Part shown: positions 26,987-41,168 of the stretch, piece by piece
Layout of the letters: the number at the start of each line of letters is the position of its first letter
Numbering within the stretch: the first letter of the stretch is position 1
Assembly: GCA_964016885.1 (NCBI GenBank)
Contig: OZ024745.1
Location: 77,872,001 to 77,936,000, forward strand
Direction: 5' to 3'
Length of the DNA: 64,000 bases
DNA from: Eledone cirrhosa
Taxonomy: Eukaryota
The notes under the pieces: model-generated
What the model saw: the letters and a program-made list of their open reading frames with translations, nothing else
The model's database searches: none
Told to the model about the DNA's origin: nothing
Program-made: the position numbers and the translations under genes

Positions 26987-27446
26987 TAAAAGGAATTCCA
27001 ACTTTGTCTGATCTACTCGTTTTATTTACAATCCTTTAAAATTTATAATGGTATTAGAATGAAATACTATGGTAGAATATTAAATGTTAAGTGTTAATTG
27101 AACAAGTACTTTCATGCTTTCGCAATCTTCGGGTTCATATTGTGTGGTGACAGTGAAGTTTGCAATTTATCTCTCTCTCTCTATATATATATAAGTATGT
27201 ATACGTACATACATATATGTATACAGACGTACAGTAGTATGTATATATGTATACATACATGCACACATATATATATGTATGTATGGTTCACCGAACATTT
27301 ATTATAATGCTCGGTGTGTTTGTAAACATATATGTATGTACGTGTACATACTTATATTTAAGTAACAGCCGTACTAAGAGTGAGAAATGAAACTTAGTTT
27401 CATTTTTTCCGTTTGACTTATATATATTTATACATATATATATTTA

Positions 27447-27501
<55 letters not shown>

Positions 27502-28424
27502 AGTTATATTTAAATTGTTGGGTTACAACTAGTAAATATTTATAACTGATATAAAAGCACTCGACAAGTATTTGGAGTATATTTACAATATTAAATAAAT
27601 GGAAACTATATTTATAAAACCATATTTATTTCATTATATATATTTCAGGGATATCATATTAACAATATGCTATGCCTTCCTCAGACAAAATACAATATAA
27701 ACAGTTTTATAGATAAATAGATTTGACATACCGTAACAACATCGACTTGTATTTGAAAAAGTTGAATTGGCAGTGAAAAAATTGTACACAGAGAGAAAGA
27801 AAGAGAGAAAAAAGGAAAGAAAGACAGAAAACGAAGAAAAAGAAGAAAAAGAAGAAATGCATGGAACAAAATAGAGAGTTGGAAAAATAGATAAAGAGAA
27901 GAACTTCATGTAAAGAAACAGAGAGAGATATATATATATAGAGAGAGAGGAAATAGAGATAGATACATATATATAGAAAACTAGGTAGTGGGACGTCCGT
28001 TGAGTAAATGTATCAATGATACATTTATTTATTTATTTATTTATTTAGCTCTAGTATTAATGTAAGGGAGATATATGGAGAGAAACCAGCTGTTATATAG
28101 AGAGAAAAATTTAAAAATAACCAGACATAGGCGAGGCGTAAAAACCCTATGTTTTAATGTAGAGGTATTAGTATGTATAAATACCAGCCACTATATTGTA
28201 AATATCAGTATTCCTGAATGAGATATGTATCCATAATGTGTGAAAAGTAATGATCTTATGTTTAGTTTTTTTTTTAAATTCATATGTTTATGTGATAACT
28301 ACAAACATCTATGTGAATTTACATGATCAACTCTGCAAACCCACGGAAAACATTCTCATTGTGGCATAAAAATTTAAGTATACATATATGTGTATATATA
28401 TACACACAAATATATATAGAGTCA

Positions 28425-28657
28425 ATATTACTACTATTCCTGTCTTTACTCTACAAGATTATCTATCAGAGAGGGCTCGATAAGGAAGATATATATCAAA
28501 TATATAAGAAACGAAGAGCAAATATTTATTGAAATAACAGATTAAAGTTTAAGCAAAGAATCGCTGCTTTCACCCTTAACGGGATCTTCAGAAGATCCCG
28601 TTAAGGGTGAAAGCAACGATTCTTTGCTTAAACTTTAATCTGTTATTTCAATAAATA
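28425..28657. mobile_element. Family Y end forming a near-perfect 135-bp palindrome (28523-28657)
   Basis: Arms differ at one base; centre GATCTTC-A-GAAGATC at 28590; flanked on the right by (TA)n. Confidence 0.9.
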
Positions 28658-28665
28658 CATATATA

Positions 28666-28716
<51 letters not shown>

Positions 28717-28749
28717 TATTGAAGTTTGCTTGAAGCATTGTGGAAATCG

Positions 28750-28916
<167 letters not shown>

Positions 28917-29094
28917 TTTAATATATCTACTAACATAAGCGCACAGATGTACGCTAATGCCAGCAAATACACAGGTTATGTCATAGTACCTAGGTGGTTC
29001 AATGCAGGAGGATGCAGAACAATAATACAAAAGACGTAAAATAAGAAAATTTAAAAAAAAAATTTTTTTTAAAATTAACTGACTAACATTTTCA

Positions 29095-29174
29095 CTCCAA
29101 CTAATTAGTTTCTGCAATGGGATAAAGACAGTTACGTAATGAACTGTAGAGAATTTCATTGCATCATCAGGGAG
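29095..29174 (-). ncRNA. Type I hammerhead ribozyme (family Z, left arm)
   Basis: CTCC-CTGATGA-TGCAATG..CATTGCA-GAAAC-TAATTA-GTT-GGAG on the minus strand. Confidence 0.8.
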
Positions 29175-29938
29175 GTCTATTCTCAGCCAAGTCTCCAGGC
29201 AATGCGCGGACACTGGGGACTCATATAAAAATAATAATAATTCGGTAAATGGAACAGCTATCGGGACTGGATTCCAAGTACTGAAAATCTCGCTGCCACT
29301 GGTCAAATGGCCGATTCTAGAGAATCAATCACGTGACACTGAGGCTAGTCGGTAGGAGTGGGATGGTAAGATGACAGACGCCTACTAACACACCAAAAAT
29401 TTAGTAGTGGTTTTGGCAGGTTTGCTCGACAAATCAGTGATTTGGAGATAAATATAGATAATTTAATATATCTACTAACATAAGCGCACAGATGTACGCT
29501 AATGCCAGCAAATACACAGGTTATGTCATATACACAGGTTATATACACAGCAAATACACAGGTTATGTCAAATACACAGGTTATGTCATAACCTGTGTAT
29601 TTGCTGGCATTAGCGTACATATGTGCGCTTATGTTAGTAGATATATTAAATTATCTATATTTATCTCCAAATCACTGATTTGTCGAGCAAACCTGCCAAA
29701 ACCACTACTAAATTTTTGGTGTGTTAGTAGGTGTCTGTCATCTTACCATCCCACTCCTACCGACTAGCCTCAGTGTCACGTGATTGATTCTTTAGAATCG
29801 GCCATTTGACCAGTGGCAGCGAGATTTTCAGTACTTGGAATCCAGTCCCCGATAGCTGTTCCATTTACCGAATTATTATTATTTTTATATGAGTCCCCAG
29901 TGTCCGCGCATTGCCTGGAGACTTGGCTGAGAATAGAC

Positions 29939-30018
29939 CTCCCTGATGACGCAATGAAATTCTCTACAGTTCATTACGTAACTGTCTTTATCCCATTGCA
30001 GAAACTAATTAGTAGGAG
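29939..30018 (+). ncRNA. Type I hammerhead ribozyme (family Z, right arm)
   Basis: CTCC-CTGATGA-CGCAATG..CATTGCA-GAAAC-TAATTA-GTA-GGAG; palindromic stem III ACTAATTAGT. Confidence 0.8.
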
Positions 30019-30083
30019 TGAAAATTTTAGTAAGTTAATTTAAAAAAAATTTTTTTTTTTAAATTTTCTTATTTTACGTCTTT

Positions 30084-30141
<58 letters not shown>

Positions 30142-30164
30142 TATTGAAGTTTGCTTGAAGCATT

Positions 30165-30812
30165 GTGGAGATCGCGCGAATCAAAAACAGATGCAGCGTT
30201 CCCGCGAGTGGTGTCACTCATACCAAGCGATTCCTCGAGGTGCTGGAGACGAACGGGTACCCTACCTCGATCACAAACAGAATAGGAGACATCAGACGCA
30301 AGAGACAGAGAAACACCCAAGGCAAGTGCTTCCTTAAAATGCCACACCTGGGCGAGAAAACCACCAACGCTATCCGCAAGGCTATACGGAGGGAGGGCCT
30401 CGACATCCACCTGGCCCACTCGGGCCCCTCCCTGCGAAGATGCCTCTCCAGGAAACCCGAAAAATCTATTGACGCATACTCCCTCAGGGACTGCCCGATA
30501 AGCCATGCTAACTGTTGCCTACGCACATACGTCGTGTATAAGATAGAACGTGACAGGTGCAACAAATACTACATAGGTAGCACAATTCGACCTTTGCACA
30601 TCCGGATCAAGGAACACACTAAAACCAGGGCCTCGTCTTTCCGGAAACACATAGACAAATGCGGAAACAAAGACGGAAGGCACATTGCCACAATTCTAGC
30701 GACTGAAAGAAACGTCGGCACGTTACGTATCAAGGAAGCACTTTTTATCAAATGCCTGCAACCGCAAATAAACAACCGATTAGAGAGAAGCGAAATGAAA
30801 TGGCTGGTTTAA
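30165..30812 (+). CDS. Penelope-like polyprotein C-terminus with GIY-YIG endonuclease (partial)
   Basis: LETNGYP linker, YVVYKIERDRCNKYYIGSTIRPLHIRIKEH and LRIKEALFIKCLQPQINN are diagnostic PLE GIY-YIG motifs. Confidence 0.85.
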   Translation: MEIARIKNRCSVPASGVTHTKRFLEVLETNGYPTSITNRIGDIRRKRQRNTQGKCFLKMPHLGEKTTNAIRKAIRREGLDIHLAHSGPSLRRCLSRKPEKSIDAYSLRDCPISHANCCLRTYVVYKIERDRCNKYYIGSTIRPLHIRIKEHTKTRASSFRKHIDKCGNKDGRHIATILATERNVGTLRIKEALFIKCLQPQINNRLERSEMKWLV

Positions 30813-31213
30813 GTTAACAAGCGATGCAACAACACACAACACACGCACACACACACACACAGGCAAACGATACAACCACACACACACACGCACACACACA
30901 TTGTAGCATTCCACCATACGAACATACTTCACTGCCAATACAGATGAACAAGGCAACAACACACACACACACTCAAGCGAGACAACAACACACGCACACA
31001 CACACACAGTAACATCTAACAAACAGGCAGAGAATGGACTGACAGCTAGCGCCATCCCACTCCCTCATTCGGCCGCTGACCTTTGTACGACCAACCCCAT
31101 TTCACGCGCACGCGCGCTCTGCCGAATACCTCAGATATTCAAATCAGCAAACAGCGAAAGACGCCTTCCGGACTTGTCCGACAGACAACCTTTTCCCCCA
31201 CCCCGGAAAAAAA

Positions 31214-31249
31214 CCCCAGTTGATGGATGTGAATCCGAAATATATAGGG
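31214..31249 (+). ncRNA. Minimal hammerhead-like motif in the PLE pseudo-LTR (core mutated or variant)
   Basis: CCC-CAGTTGA-T-GGAT(GTGA)ATCC-GAAA-TATA-TA-GGG. Core differs from CUGANGA at U4 and A6. Confidence 0.55.
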
Positions 31250-31451
31250 ACTATTAAATCTCTCCCAAGGTAACTCTCTCTTGTGTTGTTATTTTTATTT
31301 TTATCCTTTTACTCTTCCCTCCATTCTACACATCTCACACATCTTATAGACACCACGGATCTCAACGTACACCCACTTACATCTCTCTCTCCACCACCGG
31401 ACCTTGTTACCCGGAGATTTACCCATTTGCATTGTCGAGGCTTCCAAACGA

Positions 31452-31528
<77 letters not shown>

Positions 31529-34500
31529 TATATATATATATACCTATATATATATATATGTGTGTGCGTGTGTGTGTGTCTGTCAGTGCATGTGTGCGTA
31601 TAAATATATATACGCACACATATATATATGGCGAGTTTAATATAACTAAAAAAATAAAAATAATAGTCACCCATCAGTACATTGATGAGAAGCAAATAAC
31701 TTCATTTGATCAGGGCCCAATCGCCTTTTACCAGGTTCTGGTATTTGATGTACAACGCGAAAGTATCTGTTAGCATCTTTTGTATCGGATTCTTCAACAT
31801 TCTCCTGGACGTTATACTCTTGCAATGTATAGGTAGCTCATGTAGCTTTCACTAACTCTCTATTGTCCAAATATTTCACAAAGCCGAAGCACAATTCCTC
31901 TTAAGCCACTAACTGAAGTGTCTATGGTCTGGACTAGTTCTTCCTCTCACCGATCTTCTTTCTTTTTTCTGTTTATGGCTGTCCCCGATCGTTTGCTTTC
32001 TCTCTCCACCCCTCATTTTCACATAACCGTCGTCAGAAGATGATGGTAGTAGTGGGCCGTGTTGCATTGACGTCCTGATTGACAGGTCCTAGAATTAGGA
32101 CTAAGCGATTATTCAGCTACACTCGGAGCTGCAACCAATGCTGCTCTTTGGAAAGATTAGTTGCTGTGGTCTGCTGTTATTGTTACCTTTGCTGATGTTC
32201 ACTGCTATCTATTCCTGTTTGCATTTCCAGCTTCTCTGGGACGAGAACACCTATGTAACTCTTACTGTCAGGTGTGACTCGTTAACAGATATCGATATTA
32301 TTATCAAAGAGCAATTGCAACGTGCAAATAGCAGTTCAGGAGATCAGATACCTTACTTTGATCCTCGAAGATTCCTAAATTAGGCACAATTATTGTATCG
32401 GAAAGGATTCAATCAGCTATAATCCCTCTTGCCCTAGGCCCAAAACCCAATCACCCTCCCTTCACCCTCTCTCTTCTGTGACACCAGAGCTCTTGCCATC
32501 CCCTTCCCGTTCTTTTTCTTCTTTCTTTCTCTCTTTTTTCTCTATATTTCCTTATTCTTTCTTACCTTTTGTTTCACCTTTTTTTTATTATTGCCGTCAT
32601 TATAGTTGTCATCGCCGAGGTTAACTGTGCCTTTCATCCTTACGGGGTCGATAAAATAAAGTACCAGTAATGCACTGGTAATTGCTGGCCTTGTGCCAAA
32701 AGTAGAAACAATTATTAAATAAAGAAACCATTATTATTATTATTATTGTTACTGTAAATAATATCATGTTTATACAGTTTTTATCATGAATAAATTGAAT
32801 GCTATATTTATCTTTAAAAGATTTATATAATGCTGCATCTCTTAGAAACTAATATTTCCTACATCGCTAAACGGTATCACAATATTTAGTTTTATTTCTC
32901 TAACGTCTGTATTTATATTCCACATGTTACCATCATGAAAGAGATCGATAGAATGCGTAGAGTACGAGTAATATACTGATACCAATTCTATAGCGTATAA
33001 CTCTTCCCGGTGAAAGATGGTTTTGTGTTAAATTAGAAATATATATAGTGCTAGAGTGCTGGATTGAAACACTTTCACTATTTAGTTACATTCGTTTATA
33101 TTCCGATTTCAAATTTCAACGTGGATCAACGTTGTTACCATTTATGATTCGAGGGTAATTAAAATAAGTTTTGATATCAATTAATCGACTCTAGCTCTCC
33201 TTCTGAAAGGATGACTTTGTGTTAATGTTAGAAATCATCATTATTTCATTTGAGTGACTGAAGCGATAGAATACAAGGTTAATATATTTGAGTATTTAGC
33301 TAATTAATATCTATTTTCAAATGACACTAAGATTGATCCTTTCTTTTCACTATTTCGGTATCGATAAACAAATGCCAGTCAAATACTGTAGTCAATTAAA
33401 AATGTCTAAAATGCTTGGCCTTTTGCGAATACAAGAAATAATTATCAACATAGTTTAGAATGACTTCTAAATATATTTACAAAAGTATAAATTAAAATTA
33501 TATAAACAACTGGTTAACGTAAGAGGATTTGGGAACATTTTCAATTTTAAATGTACTTGTCCTAATGCATCCGACCATAACAATATTTATAATGAGCGAC
33601 TAATATTATTGTAATATGTGTTGGCACGAGTATCTATATTTTCCCAAAATAAAAACCATATTTCTTATTTATTTCCATAAATTCTTTTTACTGATTTTCG
33701 TATTGTGACTTTGGTTGATTTTTTCAAGTATCCGGGGACAATGTATAAATATCAGGAAAATACTGTGATCAATTAAAACAACATATTCCTCCACGAATAT
33801 CTTCTAGATGAAGATAAATATATTTACTTAAGAATATTAAAAAGAAAATATGTAAAAGTTCTATTTCTAACTTGCTTCATTAAGCTAGTGATATTTTTCT
33901 CTGATTTCCATATTTATACTAGGCTAACTGTAATGGGCATTACATTAACAATGTTATATTTCTTGTTTTGCTTCTATATATTCATGTGCCCCTCTTCAAG
34001 GACAGTTATTAAATATTGTCTCCTATAAAAACGAAAATAAAGGTTACTTCAAATATAGGTCTCGACAACAGTCCATCCAAAACTGTTTACGCGATGCTTA
34101 AGGCAACACATGTAAAAGAAGGATATGAAGTTTTAGAAGTTATATATGCATTCTAGTTTAACTATGAATTGAATAAAAGAAAAATATTTATTGAGAATAT
34201 ATGTGTGACATTTCATTAAAGTATTAGCAAGTCACGCTGACAAAACATCTCTTTACAACCCCACAAGTTTAAAGTAATATCTTCGAACGCTACGCCTACG
34301 CCTGCTAAATAAAAAGTATATAGATAGATAATAAATAAATGAATAAAAAAAAATATATATATATATATATATCCTCTGAATATGAGGCTATTAAATAGGA
34401 TATGATTTGAGCTTCTAAACAAATTTTCTTGTCTTCTTAGTTTCGTCTATAATTTTCAGTCAAAAAGAAGGGAAACGATACAAATATGTCACATTTTCAG

Positions 34501-34897
34501 CATCCGCAATAACTTGCGCTCATTATTTTTAATGACAGTAATAAACATGAAGCTCCTTCATAGTATTTTGGAAATATCTCTCTTTTCGCTAGCCTGGAAA
34601 TATAAACACTACACTTTATAGGGAACAATACGAATATTTTCTCAGTAAATATCTGGCAAATATGATGTTATAGTGAGATATATAATTGTGAAATTCTTAT
34701 AGTTAAGTTGAATTCCCCATCAACAATAATGGTCGTTTTGTCCTATATAAATGCTTTTGTGTTTAGCATTTCCGTCCGTTTCATGAGTCATTTTCTTTTG
34801 CTTTTGTTTCGTTTTCTTTTAATTACGACGGTTTTGGTTTTTGTAAAGTTTCTGATATTTACGGATATCATTGTTTTGTATTTTATAAAGAGGTATA

Positions 34898-35091
34898 CAG
34901 ACCTGCCAACCTCTAAAATGCGGAACGGGGAGTACCATGAAAAAAGCGGTCTAAAACGGGGAGAAATAAGGCAAAATGGGTAGATTTTACTAAATGAAAG
35001 CTATACCCATTTTCACAAGAGAAGATATCTCTCACTCACCCCAAAGTGGGTGGGAGATCTCCCCGTCGGACGGAAAGAGTTGACAGGTCTG
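34898..35091. mobile_element. hAT-like MITE with 6-bp TSD GGTATA
   Basis: TIRs CAGACCTGCCAAC / GTTGACAGGTCTG; GGTATA on both flanks; same family as 19516-19678. Confidence 0.8.
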
Positions 35092-35739
35092 GGTATATCT
35101 TCAATAACTGATGAACTATTTACGATTGGCATTGCTTTTGTTTTATATAAAGAAGTATAGCTTCACCATATGGAGAACGTCACAATATCATAATTAAAGT
35201 TGCTAAAATTAAGAACAAAAATTGTTTGATGTTTTGTTTGTAAATGTATTGAACTTATAAGTGAAATAGAAAGAACTTTCCTAATGTTTCCTGGCCTTTT
35301 TACTGATTGAGTTTAACATATTACAAGCCTTATTCCTGAAATTATTACATATTTGACATTACACAAAAAATACGAATGTTTGTAGTAATTTTGGAGCTGC
35401 GAAAATCTTGATTTAAAAAATTTTGCCCATTAATCTTTTCATCTTCAAGTGAAAACAATGCTCATAGATAAATCATATTAAAATAATTATTTTTACTTTT
35501 GGCACAGGGCCAGCAATTATCCCAGTGCATTACTGGTGCTTTAATTTATCGACCTCGTAAAGATGAAAGGCAAATAAAATCATAATGTCATGAGGGTGAT
35601 AAAATGAAGCTGCCCGAACGTTTCTATCATTGGCTTTTTGCTGAATTGCGGTGACTTTTACATTCAGTTCTTTTGTAACCATTCTTTAGAATGTGTCGAA
35701 GGTCAGTAATTTCCTTATAGTGAAGTTGAATTCTCCTGG

Positions 35740-36385
35740 AAATTTATTTATCTTCCTCACCAGTGTGATTACAGCTGGCCACCTTTGAGTCTAAGTAGAT
35801 AATGCTAACGGATCTTCTGAGTTTAGCATTATTTGCAAATATTCCATTATCGTTATCAATGTTTAAACACACGTCCTCAGTTTTTACGACGTTTAGTTCC
35901 AGACCATGTATGCTTCGTATATTATGCAATTTAAATGATCTTGTGCTTTCAGTATTGAAGGCGCAATTAAAATAATGTCATCTGCGAATACCAGGTTTGG
36001 TAACTTGTAACCAGATGTAAGCTCAATACCGTTTTCGGGTTGGACTGTTGCTTTTAGAATGTGGTTGATAATGATGACAAATATATACGGTACTAAATTA
36101 TCTCCTTGTAATATGCCTTTCATTATATTAAATTCGGGGGTTGTTTTCCATTGATACTTACTACAGCCGTTTGATTAACGTATAGGCCTTCAATTTTAGT
36201 AATGATTTTCTCTGGGAGGCTGGTGCCTCGCAAGATTTTCAAGATTGCAATTCTGTCCACACTGTGAAAAGCCTTCCGGAAGGCACCATTCTTCATGCAT
36301 TTCAAGTAAAAGTTTTAAAGTATGTATTTGTTCAGTACATCTGCCATATAGCCTAAACCCACTTTGAGTGTGGCTTTGCAGCATG
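35740..36385 (-). pseudogene. Decayed reverse transcriptase of an RTE-like LINE
   Basis: Frameshifted motifs QSGFR..CTEQIHTL, FRKAFHSVDR, GILQGDNLVPYIF, LVFADDIIL, GLELNVVKTE. Confidence 0.85.
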
Positions 36386-37133
36386 ATTGAGTAATGATAT
36401 GCCCCTGTAATGTTTTACATGTCACGCATGGACAGAGGCACTATAATAGAATTTATCCAATTAACAGGGGGTGATACCGACTCAAGAACCTTGTTGCATA
36501 TTTTTTTTGCTCAATTATTTTATCTAATGTTGCAACAATACAGGGAAATGTAGTTTGTGTATTTTTTTTAATATTTGCTCATAGGCTTTTCCAATTTCGC
36601 TCAGCCAACAACTATTAAAAAGAGAGTTGCTTAAGATAACAATTTAATCGCAAATTGTTGTTATCTTTTAATACACTCCAAAAAGTCATCAAATTATGTG
36701 CAATAAGAACAAATCTCATTAATTTGCTCAGGGAATAAAGAAAATTTATATAGCAATTATATTGCAATTGTATGTAAATATTTTATTTTTATATTGTTTA
36801 TTTATTTTATGTCTTCTATTATGTATAATATATTGATTTAATATTGATTGTTTTTTGTTGTTGTTAATATTAAAAGCCTGAAAATATTTTTATACATCTT
36901 ACACTAATATTTATAAGATCATTTATAATAACAATTATATAATCTAATTACATTACAACAATAATTTATTATTAATAATATTATGTTTAACTAGAGTTAT
37001 TACAAGCGTTGCCTTAAAAAAATATTTAAACTAGACATGAAAAATGCGCAAGCTCAAAAGAGCCACAGAATGTTATAATTGTTTCTACTTTAGGCACAAG
37101 GCCAGCAATTACCCAGTGCATTACTGGTACTTT

Positions 37134-37433
37134 ATTTTATCGACCCCGTAAGGATGAAAGGCAAAGCAAAAGTGTGGGACTAGAGTTGTTACTCAAAAAT
37201 ATTGTAATCATTATCTATCGTACATTCTACAGAATTTTATAAAAATATCACAATAAATACATCTATGTTTAATGTAATAACAGCTATAAATAATAAACAT
37301 AGATGTATTTATTGTGATATTTTTATAAGGGATGCCACAGAATGTACGATAGATAATGATTACAATATTTTTGAGTAACAACTCTAGTCCCACACTTTTG
37401 CTTTGCCTTTCATCCTTACGGGGTCGATAAAAT
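37134..37433. repeat. Imperfect palindrome of about 300 bp including part of a SINE
   Basis: ATTTTATCGACCCCGTAAGG..ACATCTATGTTTA is mirrored by TAAACATAGATGT..CCTTACGGGGTCGATAAAAT. Confidence 0.9.
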
Positions 37434-39941
37434 ATTTATACATTTTAACTGAAACATCAATATTACACATTCGATTTGAAATTTTTTTTGACCGATCTCT
37501 CCGCTAGAGCTTAATCTATAAGTTTAGATGTGTGGCGACCGTTTTAGTAGAGAGACAGACAGACAACCTCAGTTTTATATATATATACATATCAAAGATT
37601 TTTAAACGCGTGTGACACAAATTTTTACAATGTTTTAGAAAAATTATTTTTACAAACATTTACAAAGAAAGTGCAGTTTGTATTACAATCGGAACTCTGC
37701 CTATACTCGATTGCAATATATAAAGAGGAACAAGATACAAAGATATATTTCTTTATTTGGCAGAAGGGCGCACAAAAATGGGACATTACAGAACGCTATA
37801 TACGCTATTTTGAAGTGTTTAAACATTTTTTACAAACAAATTTAGAATCGTTTTGTACAAACGATAAATTTAAAAATATTTGTACAAACTTTTACGATAG
37901 ACTTTCATCTTATCTATTGACCGCCTAACCCTAACCCTAACGTCAGTATTTTACATTTGTTTTAAAAATAGTTAATATAAATTTTTTAAAATCATATAAC
38001 GACGAAATAACAAAAATAAATGAACTAGGAAAACAAACAAAAAACATAGCGGATGCTATTGAGCAACACTTACTCTGATTGGTTGAAAATTAGCCAATGG
38101 CATGTAATCACCGCGGCCACGGCCAGACCTTGAAAAAAAATTGACGATCTACACATATATGTTAGAACACTAAAGTGACTAAATCATTCTGTTGTTAGTC
38201 ACTTCGTGCCTAACACATTTCAATTTCTGTACATTGCGATGTACAAAAATTGAAATATATAAAGAGCAACCCTCACCTCTAAGTGGTGCAGTTGGTGGAA
38301 ACGCTGGGTCACCTTGCCAGTAGGCCAATGAGGGCTCTGGTGAAAATGGTAGGGCTAATCACTCGCCATTGGATTTCTACTGATTACGGAAAACACAGGA
38401 AATAAAAGAGATTGTGGTCTAACCATCACTACCAGTTGTATGCTAACCTACTATATATCGACCTTAACAAACTACTTAACTGAGATCAAGCCAACATTCA
38501 CCTTTCCAAAAATAGCTGTCAAATCATTTTCATATAACATCCTACCGTCTTTAAAAAATAGATATATTGAATAAGTAGCCCATAGTACGCAATGCCTGAA
38601 CATGTTGGGATGGTCATGACTGGAATGCCTTTGTTAAAGTGCATGTGAGTTGGTCTATGGCTAAACAACGTCACTTACATAAAAGTGAATGTGTTATATT
38701 TTTATGTCAACAACTTTGGAAAACAGCAGTGAACTAATTGAAACTATACGGATGGAGAAATTTTGAAAATCAGGATTTACGCATTTAAATGTCAAATTTC
38801 ATTGGAAGACGTCATCAAACTTTTCTTGCATAAGACGTTCGAGTAAGTTTACGTTAGAACCGTGGGAGAACATGATTTAATGTCCATTCGTAATTTTAAT
38901 GGCTAGCACAGTGTGACGCCACTTTATTTGGGATTGGTAAGTGTTTTGACCACATAGAGATTCAAATTAATTTCATAAAGTATCAATTTTCTCATGATAG
39001 TTTTTCAGTGCTAGTTGGTTAGCAAGCACAACAGATTTAAACTCCCCCACCGCAAAATAAAATAAAAAGGACTGGCATTGCCCTACATTTTCGTCGTCTG
39101 CATGTGCAAAATAACATAGTTATTTTGTAACTTCAGCTGCAAATCTAACGCGCTTTTCAATATAAGTAAAAGCAAATTTAGGTTATATGATACGAAAAAC
39201 AAAAAAAAAATTACAAAGATGTTGTTTAAATCATTAACATGGTCAATCTGTAACTTATTCTACGTTATGAAATAGAATTTTGCTATAAAATGAAGTCATA
39301 TTATATTATGTATTTATAGTAATTCACTTCGTAATGTTCCAGTAAATATAATCTGACAATCTTAAAAGTAGCAGCCGGAAGAAAATATGTCCTTAAGTCA
39401 AAGATATAAATTTGTATTTTTTTTCTTAGTTGTCAAACGCCTGTAAGAGCCAAACAGATTCCAGATACATTCCACCAAACTTAAATATTAACACTGAATA
39501 ATATGAAAACGGATACTTCTTTTGAAAACTGCCCTAATTCTTAAAACATTCCATAACGTTACATTTTGCTCGTGTTTCTTCATAGCAAGCCTATATTAGC
39601 TGAGCCATGGAGAACAGTTACAAAACGTCGTAACCCATGAGTATTATGAAACAAATCACAATTTTAAAATAGTTTCTATGTGATAAATAGATAATTTATT
39701 ATGATGTGTAGTTTATATTTTCAATTATTTAATTCGTTAGCACAGTAAATAATATTTAGTACATAGCATATGATATTTGTCACTAAACTTACTACGATTT
39801 ACAGGTAGATATTTCAGTTGTACAAATAGTATATTTTACTATATTATTCGTATTGACCCTGAAAAGTTGAAGGAGGAAGACAATCCTAAAATATCTTGCT
39901 TTCAAAGGGGGAAATATCTCTCCATAACCTCTCTCTCTCTC

Positions 39942-40682
<741 letters not shown>

Positions 40683-41086
40683 CGGGTCTCAATCTTTTCA
40701 CTTAAATGAATTACTTAAATGAATTTCCCTATGGACCCCATCTAAAGTCACGCCGCCACCTCAAGGGGTTCACTTTGGCAAGATTGCAAAGTGCAGGGAG
40801 CCGAAATAATGTGTATGCTTAGAAAAGAGTTACCTGCTTATGTTAGTATGGTATGTTTTTTTTTTAAACAAACTACTTGAAGTAGTAACTTCGGACACGG
40901 ATACCCTATATAATTAGTTAGCTGGAAATGAGTACTGGAAATAGTTGGGGTTAACTCTCCGTTAGACAGGCTGCCTATACAGGGTGGATTCTTATACACT
41001 CGGGGATTCAATGCCAATAGAACAGGAATGAGCTCTAGCTTTCGGGCGTAAGACAGATTTTAACTTCAACGCACACACACACACGC

Positions 41087-41168
<82 letters not shown>

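Larger units (their letters stand above)
30138..31453 (+). mobile_element. 5'-truncated Penelope-like element (RT C-terminus, GIY-YIG endonuclease, pseudo-LTR) between (TA)n tracts
   Basis: ORF 30165-30812 plus a 3' non-coding region with a hammerhead-like motif at 31214-31249; (TA)n on both sides. Confidence 0.85.

Noticed and set aside
29813-30043. Peptide CLETWLRIDLPDD resembling a LINE APE endonuclease motif
   Set aside because: Short, no other APE motifs, and it overlaps the hammerhead core (CCTGATGA), which explains the sequence better.
29025-30088. Interpretation of family Z (and W) as TIR DNA transposons or MITEs
   Set aside because: Arms are unequal, one side continues into a tandem monomer, the centre is stuttered and each arm holds a hammerhead. 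This fits a retro-derived fold-back better.
36990-37590. Possible minus-strand Helitron remnant (CTAG end, (GTCT)n near the other end)
   Set aside because: Terminal hairpin not evident, and the region is scrambled by the SINE and palindrome.
37925-37941. (CCTAAC)n telomere-like repeat
   Set aside because: Fewer than three full units; common inside invertebrate repeats and not an interstitial telomere array.
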